Assembly: GCA_002372935.1 (NCBI GenBank) | Contig: DFJF01000016.1 | Span: 395-64,394 of the forward strand | Direction: 5' to 3' | DNA: 64,000 nt | Source of the DNA: Clostridiales bacterium UBA3678 | Lineage (GTDB): Bacteria; Bacillota; Clostridia; TANB77; CAG-508 | Shown: positions 10,486 to 20,514 of the stretch, piece after piece | Layout: each line of letters starts with the position of its first letter | Numbering within the stretch: the stretch's first letter is position 1 | The notes under the pieces: model-generated | The model's input: the letters and a program-made list of their open reading frames with translations, nothing else | Database searches by the model: none | What the model was told of the DNA's origin: nothing | Made by a program: the position numbers and the translations under genes

Positions 10486-11363
10486 TATTTATCGCCTCCT
10501 AATACTTCTTTATTTTTCACTTTATCTTTCGTTTGTTTTTTATTTCTTTGATATTCTTCATCAACTTTATCCTTTATTTTTTCAAAACATTCTCGTAATT
10601 TTATACTGCCTTTATTGTTAATCTTTTTATTTATATAATATACTCCTGTTCCAAAACTATAACTAATTAACCTATTATTTATAAATCCTTTTGTTGCAAG
10701 TGGTATTTCAATACCATAATAGTTTGCTAAATATAGAAAATTATTTTGACTTACTTTCCCACCATAATAATTGCGTTCTTTATAATAATCATAATTTTTT
10801 GAAGCAACTACATCTCCTAAATGAATTTTAGTTTTCATTTCTGCAATTTTGCTTTCAAATATTTCATTTACTATATCCATTTCTTCATTTTCTGCCTTTT
10901 CTATTTTCTGTCTTTCCTCTTGTCTTTCTCTTTCTTTTTCTTGTAAAAAGTTCTCTCTACTTGTTTTTGCTTTATCATATAAATCTGTATAGTTTTTTGA
11001 GATATATTTAAGTTCGCACAAATTAAAATATTTATTTTTTTCAATTTTACTTATGAAGAATTTTTCAAAGTCCATTTTTTTATAAGCATTTGTTACATCA
11101 TCACAATATTCTTTTGTTTTTGGTATGGTATCATCAATGATAACACTTATAAATTTTTCAAATTTTATAGGTGCAATTCCTAATTCCCAATAAACATTAT
11201 CTTTATCTTTTATAAGCAAATCAGAATGTACCCATTCTCTTTTTGACTTTAAAACTGCAATTTCTACACCATTATAAGTTACTTTTGAAATAACTTTATT
11301 TTTATTTACAAGTTTATTATCTTCTATACACCATACATTTGCTATTTCATTTTTTTCTATCAT
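10485..11363 (-). CDS. hypothetical ICE protein
   Basis: 292-aa ORF tightly packed in the T4SS operon, with a coiled-coil Glu/Lys-rich centre. No motif recognised. Confidence 0.5.
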   Translation of the reverse strand: MIEKNEIANVWCIEDNKLVNKNKVISKVTYNGVEIAVLKSKREWVHSDLLIKDKDNVYWELGIAPIKFEKFISVIIDDTIPKTKEYCDDVTNAYKKMDFEKFFISKIEKNKYFNLCELKYISKNYTDLYDKAKTSRENFLQEKERERQEERQKIEKAENEEMDIVNEIFESKIAEMKTKIHLGDVVASKNYDYYKERNYYGGKVSQNNFLYLANYYGIEIPLATKGFINNRLISYSFGTGVYYINKKINNKGSIKLRECFEKIKDKVDEEYQRNKKQTKDKVKNKEVLGGDK

Positions 11364-11367
11364 AGAA

Positions 11368-12381
11368 TTACCTATCGTCCTTTCTTTTAGTTTTGTCTTT
11401 ATATAATTTCATAACATCTGGAACATCACATTTTACTTCATTTTCAATTTTAGTCTTCGTAATGCCATTTTCCTTACAATATTTCAAGTAATTTTGCATT
11501 CCTTTTTTGTTTTCAATTTCTTCTGGATACATTTCTTCTATATAGTTCCATACATTATAATGGACAACAAAGTCATTTGAATTAAACATCTGATAATCAT
11601 TTTCTAAATATTCAAATAAATGCTCCTCATAATTAAATCTCCATTCTTCTAAAGAGCTTATTTTATCTTCTAAATTTTTCATATATGGCTTTATAAAACA
11701 AAACTTTTCAGTATTTGTATCGTACATTACTACTACTGAATTTTTAGGATTTTTGCTATTAACTAATACATATATTTCTGATAAATTTTTCGGATTGCTT
11801 ATTAAATGTTTATCCCATAAAAATTCCTCTGTTTCTTTTTGTTCTAGTAATGATTTTACCTCATCTTGTATTTTTTCTTTTACTTCTTCTAATGAATTAC
11901 CTTTATATTTTTCATACTCTACAAAATGAGCGTGAATTTTCAAATATTCCATTGTACCAACCTTGTCGTATTTATATAGTTCTTCCATATTAAATTTGGC
12001 AAACATAACATTACAATAATCTAGTATTTTATTTTCTAGCAATTTATCAATAATTTCTTTATCGTTTTCGCTATCAACAAGAACACAATCTGGAGTTGGT
12101 GCAGGTGGAATCACTAATTCTACACCATCTTTTGTTATTTCCTTTTCTTCTTTTGTTTCTCTATCTATCATTAAGACTTTTAAAAGTTTTGTATTTTCAT
12201 AAGTGCTTACTTTCAAGTTATATTCTTTATCTTTAAATTTAAAAATTTCATTTGTATCATTTAATGCTTTTATTGTTGCCTCATAATCATTTTCTGTTAG
12301 ATAACTATAAGAATTTAAAAATTCTTCTTTGCTTAATTCATAAAAGTCCCTCATTTTTTCTTCATCATTTATAAAATCCAT
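11368..12381 (-). CDS. hypothetical ICE protein
   Basis: 337-aa acidic ORF tightly packed in the T4SS operon. No motif recognised. Confidence 0.5.
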   Translation of the reverse strand: MDFINDEEKMRDFYELSKEEFLNSYSYLTENDYEATIKALNDTNEIFKFKDKEYNLKVSTYENTKLLKVLMIDRETKEEKEITKDGVELVIPPAPTPDCVLVDSENDKEIIDKLLENKILDYCNVMFAKFNMEELYKYDKVGTMEYLKIHAHFVEYEKYKGNSLEEVKEKIQDEVKSLLEQKETEEFLWDKHLISNPKNLSEIYVLVNSKNPKNSVVVMYDTNTEKFCFIKPYMKNLEDKISSLEEWRFNYEEHLFEYLENDYQMFNSNDFVVHYNVWNYIEEMYPEEIENKKGMQNYLKYCKENGITKTKIENEVKCDVPDVMKLYKDKTKRKDDR

Positions 12382-12396
12382 ATTTTCACAACCTTT

Positions 12397-13235
12397 CTAT
12401 AATCCCATCATTTCACGAACAACTCTGTCTGATGCCTTTACCGTACCTACTAAAACTAGCATATTAAAGACTAATTCTCCTACATAACTCCATACTTGAT
12501 TAACTGCTTGTGCAGAAGTATCTACCGATGGTGGAGAACTTGCAAACAGAGAAAATATAATACACGCTAATACTATAATTGCTCCCTCTAAACATACTGC
12601 ACAATATCCTTTTAAAAAACTTTTTCCAACTTGTTGTGTAGGCTCTCCGTCCAAAAGTAGATAGTGGTATTGGTGCTAATGCCGTGTATAAATACATTTT
12701 GAAAAATCTACCATAGACAGTTAATATCATTATAAATGATAGAATTGTAATCAAAAGTCCACCGAATTAAAGTAACTGCCCATAATGGAATACTCTCAAA
12801 AAAGCCACAAGATTCAATAGTTTCTATCATTTCTTGTGGTAATGCTGTTTGTGTTGCATTTCCTAGTCCTGCCGTCTGCATTATTGTCTGCATAACACCC
12901 TGTACTATTTTAAATATTGATAGCATTAGTTCAAGCCCATAAGTTATTACTGCTTTTGCTAGTGCAAATCTTACAAAAAGTTTTACAACTTGTTCTGGCT
13001 TTTTTACTTCTGCAAAACTGCCACAAGTTTTTACAACACCAATTAAAAAGAATATCACAAGTAAAGCCAAGCCTATTGCTTGTACTGCTCCATTTATATT
13101 TACAATTACATTCCAAATACTGCCACCTTTAAATTGTTCTGGACTTTGTGTTATAAGTGTCCATATTTCATTTAATTTTCCATTCCAAGTATCAAGTGCA
13201 TTTTGTAAATTTCCTACTACCCAATTATCTGACAT
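12397..13235 (-). pseudogene. VirB6/TrbL-like polytopic T4SS membrane protein, interrupted by two 1-nt insertions
   Basis: Three overlapping fragments (12708..13235, 12500..12754, 12397..12654). They join as ...PLWAVTLI/GGLLITILSFIMILTVYGRFFKMYLYTALAPIPLSTFG/GEPTQQVGKSFLKGYCAV... when the extra bases at 12764 (ATT-C-GGTGGA) and 12649 (GGA-C-GGAGAG) are removed. Several hydrophobic helices. Confidence 0.7.
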
Positions 13236-13301
13236 TCCTTTATCGCCTCCTTATACAATTTTAGGCAAGTCCTTTTATTAGAACTTGCCTATTTTTTCTT
13301 T

Positions 13302-13646
13302 TTATCCTCCAGTAATTAGGTCTAATATTTCTTTTGCAAATGTTATTATTACTCCCCCTGCAACAGTAAGGAAACCATTTGCTCTTTGACTTGCATCGTG
13401 ACTTTTTAGTGCTAATCCAACTTGCACAATTCCCCAACCTAGTAATATCATTCCTATTGCTCTTATAATTCCAAAGATAAATGTTGATAAATTATTTATA
13501 ACACTTAATGGATCATTGGCTGCGAAAACATTACTTGCTTGTACTACATTTAAAGCAATTACATACCCACCTATAAAGGCTACTTTTCTTAAAATCTTAC
13601 TAATTTTCATTTTCTTTGTTACTTTCTTTTTTTCTTTCATTTTCAA
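13302..13646 (-). CDS. small secreted/membrane T4SS-associated protein (Maff2-like, tentative)
   Basis: 114 aa. Signal/TM 'VAFIGGYVIALNVVQASNVFA' plus two further hydrophobic helices. The start may be the internal Met at about 13610, because the 5' end overlaps the coupling-protein 3' end. Confidence 0.5.
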   Translation of the reverse strand: MKMKEKKKVTKKMKISKILRKVAFIGGYVIALNVVQASNVFAANDPLSVINNLSTFIFGIIRAIGMILLGWGIVQVGLALKSHDASQRANGFLTVAGGVIITFAKEILDLITGG

Positions 13647-15454
13647 AATCCTCCATTTTTATATAATTTTCAATATCTTCCTCTGAAAGAAGTTCATAAG
13701 TTATATTTTCTATTTCTTTCATTTCATCTTTTGTATCTTTTAATTTACTTAAATCTTCTAAAGTTAATGTGTCTATTGTTCCTGTTGCTCTATCTACTAC
13801 TCCGTGTTCATAAAATTCTGCATTTCCATCTGCAGTATATTTAACATTAGGGTGTTTTAAAATGTCATATTTCAAATCTACAACTGGCTTTTCTCCTCTT
13901 ATTAAGAGAATAGCCTTTTCATTCGGTAGCATTCTAACTTCATCTGCAGTTAAAAGTTCTCTACCTGTTTGTTGATAGTTTGTTGAATAATTCCCACTAT
14001 GTCCTGATGATTTTCCAAAAGTGTTTGTATCTATTGTTTCTTTGCCGTAAAAGTTCTGTTACATATTTGTGTGTACTTTGCTCATTTCCGACCTAAATAT
14101 AAAAACTCATCACAATTTCCGTACTATTGATTCCCATTGTTTTTCAAATAGTGCTTTTAATTGTGATAAGTTTTGTAAAATTATAGAAACAAATACATTT
14201 CTTGAACGCATTACACTTAATATTTTGTCAAAATCATCTGGCAATGCAACATTTGCAAACTCGTCCATTAAAAAATGTACTGGCATTGGCAATGCTCCTT
14301 TGTATTTATTGTCTGCTCTATAAAATGCGTTTTGAAATATCTGTGTATATAAAATGCTAACTAAAAAATTATAAGATGTATTACTATCTGGAATAACAGC
14401 AAATACACAAATTTTCTCCTCTCCTAATTTATCTAGTTCTAATTCATCTGTCATTGTTAAACTTGCTATTTCATCAATATTAAATTTTTCTAGTTTTGAA
14501 GATAATGTAACTTGAATTGATTTTAAAGTTCTTCCTGCTCCACTATGATAATCTTTATAATACTTTACTGCTATATGGTCTGGATTTCTATATTCTAACC
14601 TTTTAAATAAAATATCAAGTGGACTTTCATAATCTTCATCATCTTCTTTAGGTTTTCCTGCTCTTAACATTTCTCCTACTGTTGCAAAGTTCTGTTCATC
14701 TTCTGGTGCTTCATATTTTAGATAAAATATAAGTGCAGATAATAACATTTGTGCAGCAATGTCCCAGAATGGATCTGATGGGCTACTTCCTTTTGGTGTT
14801 GTACTTTTAAATAAATTAGATACAAGTTTTTGCACATCATTGTCATCTTGTATATATTTAAAAGGATTATAGCAATGACTTAATTTAGGTGTAACTAAAT
14901 CTAAAACTTTTACTTTATAACCCTCTTTTTCTAGTAAATGTCCTGTATCTCTTAAAATTTCCCCTTTAGGATCTAATACTACAAATGAGCAATTACATTG
15001 CATTATATTAGGTTTAACAAAAAATCTTGTTTTTCCTGCTCCGACTTCCACCACAAACTAGAGTATTTAGGTTTCTTCTATGTTTTTGTGCTTTTAGTCC
15101 TATCTTTACATTTTGAGTTAATAATTTGTTTTGTGTTTCTGGCTTTTGCATATATTTTTTATTAACTTGTTTTGCATTGCCCCATACTGCTGAGCCGTAT
15201 TCTTCGCCTCTCCTGTAATTTCTTCTAGTTGATAAATATATTCCTATTCCCAGAGCGTAAGCACATAAAAAAATAAAGACAGTTTTTACACTATCTTTGC
15301 AAAATTCTATATTATATGGCTCATTCATTTTTTCTGGTAATTTTGAAATAATTTCTACTATTCCACCACTTATATATGGTGCTATTAGTAGTGCCAACCA
15401 TACTATTACAATTCCTCCAAAACAAATTAAAACAATGTTAGTTTTATCTTTCAT
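13600..15454 (-). pseudogene. VirD4/TraG-type type IV coupling protein, interrupted by four 1-nt insertions
   Basis: Fragments 15014..15502 (two TM helices), 14110..15054 and 13600..13932, plus an unlisted piece at 13933-14109. Removing the extra bases at 15043, 14121, 14090 and 14047 gives ...NLNTLVCGGS/GAGKTRFFVKPNIMQ...QWESIV/GNCDEFLYLG/GNEQSTHKYVTELL/GKETIDTNTFGKSSGHSGNYSTNYQQTGRELLTADEVRMLPNEKAILLIRGEKP... Walker A is GGSGAGKT. The likely start is ATG at 15454. Confidence 0.8.
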
Positions 15455-15644
15455 CTCTATCTTTATCCTTTTTAAATAGAGATTTCTTTTTTGTTGGGGC
15501 ATCTATAACTTTTTGCAATATTTCTGTTATAAATTCATCATCTTTTTGTTCTTGTATCATTTTAGTTCTCATATCATTTATAATATTTACTATTGCTCTA
15601 TGTTCGTACTGGTCAAGTTCTACAACTCTTTTTTCTTCACTCAT
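15444..15644 (-). CDS. small hypothetical ICE protein
   Basis: 66-aa ORF overlapping the coupling-protein start by 11 nt (translational-coupling geometry). Confidence 0.45.
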   Translation of the reverse strand: MSEEKRVVELDQYEHRAIVNIINDMRTKMIQEQKDDEFITEILQKVIDAPTKKKSLFKKDKDRDER

Positions 15645-15654
15645 TCCTCTATGC

Positions 15655-16554
15655 CTACCTTTCTGGAACTGTCTTATTTTTTTCCTTACTGCTCATCTCA
15701 AAATAGTCTAACATTCTTGAATTTACTTTCTCAAAATTATCTCTAATTTTATCTAGTTCCATTCTTATTCCTTTTCCTTCTTTTTGGCTAGTTATTTCAC
15801 TAGGTAAATCGTTAAAAGCATAATTTGATACATCAATTCCATACTTTTTACAAATCATATAAGAAGTACAATAACTAATAAAATAATTCATATTGCTTTC
15901 TTCTTGGTCTTTTAATTCAATGTTTCCCATTTCTTGTGATAATGTTTGAAACAATGTTTCTCTGTCCATATCTCTACAAACATATAATTTATTTTCACTT
16001 TTATTATATTCTGAACCTATTTGTCCACTTGGTAATTTTTCTACTGCCTCTCTTGGAACATCACAATTATGCAAAAGTGCTTTTAATAATACTCTATCTC
16101 CATAATTTATAGTAGTTTCTTGTTTTGGTGCATTTGTTTGAGATATATCAAATACAACTTTTGGATTATAATAAGTTCTTCCATTACTTTTACTTGGCTC
16201 AAGTATTTTTATTCCTTTAGGGTTTTCATTTAATTCTACACCTTTTTCTAGCCACGAATTTTTATCTTTAATATTGGTACTTTCTGGTGCTTTTTCTAAT
16301 ATTACTAAACTATTTCCAACTGAATATTTTGAAAATCTGCTTTGAATGTCTAAATACTCTCTAAACTTTTCGCCATCATTTCCAACTATTTTTGCCATTC
16401 TATCCATTGTGTTGTAAATATCTTGTCTATCTTTATTTTGTTGTTCTTTCCAATTGTTTTGCCTTTTAGTATTATATTGAGTATTATAATTTTTACTTGA
16501 ATTATTATTGCCTCTAGTACCTAATATTTCATCTACCTCATCAACTTCTTTCAT
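15655..16554 (-). CDS. ArdC-N-like ssDNA-binding / anti-restriction-type protein
   Basis: 299 aa. 'FSKYSVGNSLVILEKAPESTNIKDKNSWLEKGVELNENPKGIKILEP' matches the ArdC N-terminal domain pattern (YS..N..L......A........W...G..v..g.kgi.I). Confidence 0.55.
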   Translation of the reverse strand: MKEVDEVDEILGTRGNNNSSKNYNTQYNTKRQNNWKEQQNKDRQDIYNTMDRMAKIVGNDGEKFREYLDIQSRFSKYSVGNSLVILEKAPESTNIKDKNSWLEKGVELNENPKGIKILEPSKSNGRTYYNPKVVFDISQTNAPKQETTINYGDRVLLKALLHNCDVPREAVEKLPSGQIGSEYNKSENKLYVCRDMDRETLFQTLSQEMGNIELKDQEESNMNYFISYCTSYMICKKYGIDVSNYAFNDLPSEITSQKEGKGIRMELDKIRDNFEKVNSRMLDYFEMSSKEKNKTVPER

Positions 16555-17408
16555 TTCGTTTTGCTCCTTTCCTTTTTTCTTCTTTTTCTTCTTGGTGTAT
16601 AATCTAAATGTTTTGGCTCTTTAAAATGTTTTCCTTTGTATTTTTCCTTTTCTTTCTTTGGCGTTTTCTTTTCTTTTTCTTTATCTTTAGTAATTGCATT
16701 TCCTACTGGAATATCTTGCTTTTCCTGTTGTTTTTCCTTCTCTTCTTTTATTTTTAACTCATCTGCAATTTCTTTCAATTCCTTTTTTACTGATTTTTTT
16801 TCTTCGTCAGAACTCTCCATTTTGTCGTCTGATTTGATATTTGAGGAAATCCCTAACGGACTCTTTTCCTCCGTTTCTTTTGTATTATTACTGGGAATTT
16901 CCTGTTGTAATTCCTCTTTAGGTTTTGGCATAATATCATCTATAAATTGGTCTTCTTCACTTTTTGCAATTTCAACTACTTCTTGAGAATTTGTCTTATT
17001 CATTTCTTGTTCTAACTCTCTCTTAATAGATGCAACATCTCTGAAATTAAATCTTTCTGCTATTCTATTCATCTTTGAAGCATCTTCTTCTCTAACCATA
17101 ATATCTACCATACCATCAATTTTAGAATTTTTCTTGTCTGCTAATGCACAATATAAAACTCCATATTTTTTTGCCTCTTGTGAAAATTTCTTTAAATCTT
17201 CTGCTCTAATTGTAAATATTTTTAAAGGTTTTCCTGTTTTTAACATATTTGTTAATCTTGTTTTTCCTTTAGTCTGTTGCTTATCTTTCATAATGGTATA
17301 AATCATAACTGCCATATTTTTTGCACCTGTTCCTGCAATTTTTAATGCTACTTCCATTCCCTCTAAACTTATTCTAACAACTTCTTCTGCTGAATCTGAT
17401 GAGTTCAT
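16551..17408 (-). CDS. PcfB/DUF3801-like conjugation protein
   Basis: 285 aa. N-terminal 'KIFTIRAEDLKKFSQEAKKYGVLYCAL...DIMVREEDASKMNRIAERF' is typical of PcfB-family proteins encoded next to relaxases. Lys/Glu-rich tail. Confidence 0.55.
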   Translation of the reverse strand: MNSSDSAEEVVRISLEGMEVALKIAGTGAKNMAVMIYTIMKDKQQTKGKTRLTNMLKTGKPLKIFTIRAEDLKKFSQEAKKYGVLYCALADKKNSKIDGMVDIMVREEDASKMNRIAERFNFRDVASIKRELEQEMNKTNSQEVVEIAKSEEDQFIDDIMPKPKEELQQEIPSNNTKETEEKSPLGISSNIKSDDKMESSDEEKKSVKKELKEIADELKIKEEKEKQQEKQDIPVGNAITKDKEKEKKTPKKEKEKYKGKHFKEPKHLDYTPRRKRRKKERSKTK

Positions 17409-18766
17409 TTTTGAATTTCTCCTTTCCTTTTACTTTTTTCTTGTTCCTGTTCTTTTTCTTCCATATCTTTAATATTTTGTTTTATCTTTTGATTTTGTTC
17501 TTCTATTTTTTCACAATACACCACCTCCTGTTTTAAATACTTAATCTTGTCTGATAAATTTAAAATATCATCACAAAGTTTTTGTCTTTTTTCTGGCTCT
17601 TTTTCTTTTTGTCTTTTTCTTCGTAATGTATTTCTTGCTTTCATCTGATTTTTTAATTCATCAGTAACAAGTTCTTTATATGAAAAAAGTTCCTTTGTAG
17701 TTTTAATTTTATTTCTACAAAGGAACTTGATTTCATCTGATATTTCTTCCATCTTCTTGATTTCTTTTCGCATTTCTGGAGTAATCTTTATTCTTGTTTT
17801 TTTGCTTTTAGGATATACTTTTAAAATATAACAATAATGAAGATATAATCTATATAAACTTCCTCTATCAAATTGAATTTTTATTACCTGTTTTTTTCCT
17901 GTATATCTTCTATATTTTCTTTGTTCTTCTGGGAAAGGAACTTTTGCCATATCACTATTCATTATTCTTTCGTTAATATTTCTAATACTATATTCCATTC
18001 CAAAACTTCTTTCAATTCTTATATTTCTTTTATATGGTGGTCTGCATAAACTTATTTTATTTGCTCTAATAGTAATTGTATATCCCATTTTCTTTAAAAT
18101 AGTTTCAAAATTTTTATAAGAATATGCTTGTTTTATTGCAAAGTCCACATCTTCTTTTGTCGTTGTATAATAATCTGATTTTTGAATAAATGAATTTCTA
18201 TATCTAGTGTAATCAATTTTGCCACACTTTTTTTCTTCTAAAACGCTTAATCCATATTCCCTACACAAGTCATCTGATAATGCTCTCATCATAGCATAAT
18301 TTTCTACTGTATTTCTATATTTAATTCCATCAACAAAGGATACAGAATTTAATACAAAATGATTATGATAGTGTTTAGTATTAAGATGTGTTGATACCAA
18401 TACTTCATATTTATCTCCCCATAATTCTTCAGCAAGTTTTACACCAATTTGATGTGCTTGTTCTGCTGTAACTTCTCCCTCTGCAAATGATTGAAATCCG
18501 TGAAATGCCAAAATACCTTTTTCTTTTCCAAAATGTTTTTTAGTTAGTATCATTTCCTGTAATGCATTCTGTGGTGTACAATTTACTCCAGAAACATAGA
18601 ATTGTTTTTCTGTTTTAAAATCTGCTTTTGCATATTCTATTGTATTGTGCAAACTTTTATATAAATCTTTTTCAAAATCTGCATTTGTTGTTTTTTCTTC
18701 ATTAGTTGTATATTTTATAACCTTATCTAGCCTTGCCTCTACTTTCCATAAACTTGTTGTTGCCAT
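17405..18766 (-). CDS. conjugative relaxase (relaxase/mobilisation nuclease domain)
   Basis: 453 aa. Histidine cluster 'STHLNTKHYHNHFVLNSVSF'. Lies downstream of a MobC-like gene and a structured intergenic region. Confidence 0.8.
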   Translation of the reverse strand: MATTSLWKVEARLDKVIKYTTNEEKTTNADFEKDLYKSLHNTIEYAKADFKTEKQFYVSGVNCTPQNALQEMILTKKHFGKEKGILAFHGFQSFAEGEVTAEQAHQIGVKLAEELWGDKYEVLVSTHLNTKHYHNHFVLNSVSFVDGIKYRNTVENYAMMRALSDDLCREYGLSVLEEKKCGKIDYTRYRNSFIQKSDYYTTTKEDVDFAIKQAYSYKNFETILKKMGYTITIRANKISLCRPPYKRNIRIERSFGMEYSIRNINERIMNSDMAKVPFPEEQRKYRRYTGKKQVIKIQFDRGSLYRLYLHYCYILKVYPKSKKTRIKITPEMRKEIKKMEEISDEIKFLCRNKIKTTKELFSYKELVTDELKNQMKARNTLRRKRQKEKEPEKRQKLCDDILNLSDKIKYLKQEVVYCEKIEEQNQKIKQNIKDMEEKEQEQEKSKRKGEIQK

Positions 18767-18777
18767 TCTTTTTTACC

Positions 18778-19098
18778 TCACAAATATTTTTCTTTTATCA
18801 TCATTCTAAATTTTCTCCATTCTGCAATTTCATTATTTAAAATTCTTTCGTCTATAAAATTTCTATGATAGAGTAATCTTTCTAATTCATCTAAAGTTCT
18901 TATAAACTTTCCCATATTTTTTATTACTAAATCATAAAAATCTTTATCTGGCTTTTCTTTTATTTCACATCCCAATGAAGAATCTCGAATGAAAGTTGAA
19001 AGACTTTTCCCTGTTTTATCTGCTCTCATTTTTATCTTTTCTTTTTCATTAAAATTCATTCTAATTGGAACAATAAAATCTCTTGGATCTTCTTTCAA
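18778..19098 (-). CDS. MobC-family relaxosome accessory protein
   Basis: 106 aa. 'IRMNFNEKEKIKMRADKTGKSLSTFIRDSSLG' is a ribbon-helix-helix MobC-type N-terminus. It directly precedes the relaxase. Confidence 0.7.
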   Translation of the reverse strand: MKEDPRDFIVPIRMNFNEKEKIKMRADKTGKSLSTFIRDSSLGCEIKEKPDKDFYDLVIKNMGKFIRTLDELERLLYHRNFIDERILNNEIAEWRKFRMMIKEKYL

Positions 19099-19099
19099 T

Positions 19100-19200
19100 T
19101 TTTTGCTCCTTTCATTTTTTATTCACGGGGATTGGGGTGTCCCCATATATAACATTTGTGTATATACAAATGTGTTGCTTGTTAGGACATAAAATTTATT
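19100..19200 (-). promoter_or_regulatory. candidate oriT / relaxosome operon control region
   Basis: Intergenic region upstream of mobC-relaxase. Contains a GC-rich inverted repeat GGGGA..TCCCC ('cacggggattggggtgtcccc') and the inverted repeat ACATTTGT-gtatat-ACAAATGT. Confidence 0.4.
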
Positions 19201-19233
19201 TTGTCCCTATAAAAAATTCTTGTAAATTTTTCT

Positions 19234-19512
19234 TTAATCGCTATCTTTTTCATCTAATTTATCTAAAATTTCCACTAATTCTTCGTCCCTTTTATAAGGT
19301 TTTGTTTCAAGTTTTCCATATTCATTTTTCTCTATAATTTTAACTAATTTATATCGAATAATCTCTTTATCTAATTCTTCATTTCGTGAGTCATTTTCTC
19401 TTTCTTCTGTCATCATTTTTACAACTTTATTAAATGCTTCATTTTTATTATCAGCCATTACTACTACTTCGTTTTTTATTCCTCTTTTGATTAAAAATAC
19501 ATATTTTTTCAT
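19234..19512 (-). CDS. hypothetical ICE protein
   Basis: 92-aa ORF. Its ATG lies 3 nt after the stop of the restored Toprim reading frame. Confidence 0.5.
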   Translation of the reverse strand: MKKYVFLIKRGIKNEVVVMADNKNEAFNKVVKMMTEERENDSRNEELDKEIIRYKLVKIIEKNEYGKLETKPYKRDEELVEILDKLDEKDSD

Positions 19513-19515
19513 TAC

Positions 19516-20494
19516 TCATCTTGTCCTTTCTGCATTAAGATTTTTATTTTTTTTTATAGGTTTTATTTCTAATAAATCACATAAATATTCATTATAATCT
19601 TTGCCGTTTTTTTGGTGGTCTATCTATAATTTCATACTTATCTGACATAACAATTTTTAGTGCTTTTGTTGCATTTCTTCCTGCCTCATCACTATCTAAA
19701 CATAGATAAATTTTTGTAATTTCTGGGTGCTTTTTTAAATAGTTTTCAATAGCAACAGGTATTTTACTTTGCTCTAAAACTTTTGCTGGTTGATATACTC
19801 CTGCTAATGAAATCATTGTTTTATCTTCCCATTTTTGCCCATATAATTTAAAAAGGGTAGCATAAGATAATAAATCTATTGCTCCCTCAAATATAAACAT
19901 TTTATCTGTTTTTTCATTACTTTCTAATCTAAAAGAATACATTTTATTACTTCCTGTTGCGTCCATTTTCACATTAGAATTGTTTGTCGCTCTGCAACCT
20001 GCATACTTTGCGTTTCCCATTTCATCATAGCCAACAAATACAACATTATGATAAAATTTTTCTTCATAAATTAAATGTTTTTCAATACATTTTTGTATAA
20101 TTTCTTCATCAATTCCTCTATTTTTTAGATAGTTTTTTGCTCTTGTTTCTTCATTATTTTTCTCTGGTAGAATTAGTTTTTTACACTCTCTTTTTTCTTG
20201 TTTTTCTTTAAAAATTGGTGTCTTAATTTTCATTTTATTTAATACTATTTCTGCTGATTGTGGAAAAGGGATTCCTTGTGTTTTTTCTAAATAGTCCACT
20301 GCATTTTTTCCACCAATTCCTTTTGAACACCAATTCCAAAATCCATTAGACATTTTTAAACTATCGTGTTCTTTTGTGCAATATTGTGTCTTGGTTTCTC
20401 GTACTAATTCATTAGGATAATAATTTTTAAAGTAAGTTAATAAGTCCATTTGTTTTGCTTTTTCTACTAATTCTGGTGGAATGTATTTTGACAT
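19516..20494 (-). pseudogene. DUF3991/Toprim-domain primase-like protein with a 1-nt insertion near the 3' end
   Basis: ORF 19592..20494 ends ...IDRPPKKRQRL*. Removing the extra base at 19606 (AAA-C-GGCAAAGAT) continues it as ...PPKK/GKDYNEYLCDLLEIKPIKKNKNLNAERTR*, ending at 19516. Toprim acidic motif 'IYLCLDSDEAGRNAT'. Confidence 0.6.
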
Positions 20495-20514
20495 TTTATT
20501 ACCACCTCCTACAT

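Noticed and set aside
12931-13116. A 61-aa minus-strand ORF overlapping the VirB6-like gene in another frame.
   Set aside because: Cys/Lys/Trp-rich with no start context. It is embedded in a region whose main frame encodes clear TM helices. Unlike the TnpV-like overlap, it has no family resemblance and no SD.
13263-13290. The hairpin AGGCAAGT-n12-ACTTGCCT between 13302..13646 and the VirB6-like gene, considered as an intrinsic terminator.
   Set aside because: On the minus (transcribed) strand the stem is followed by an A-rich rather than U-rich sequence, and then directly by the next gene's SD. The T-run is on the plus strand, where no gene is present. Its function is unclear, so it is not reported as a terminator.
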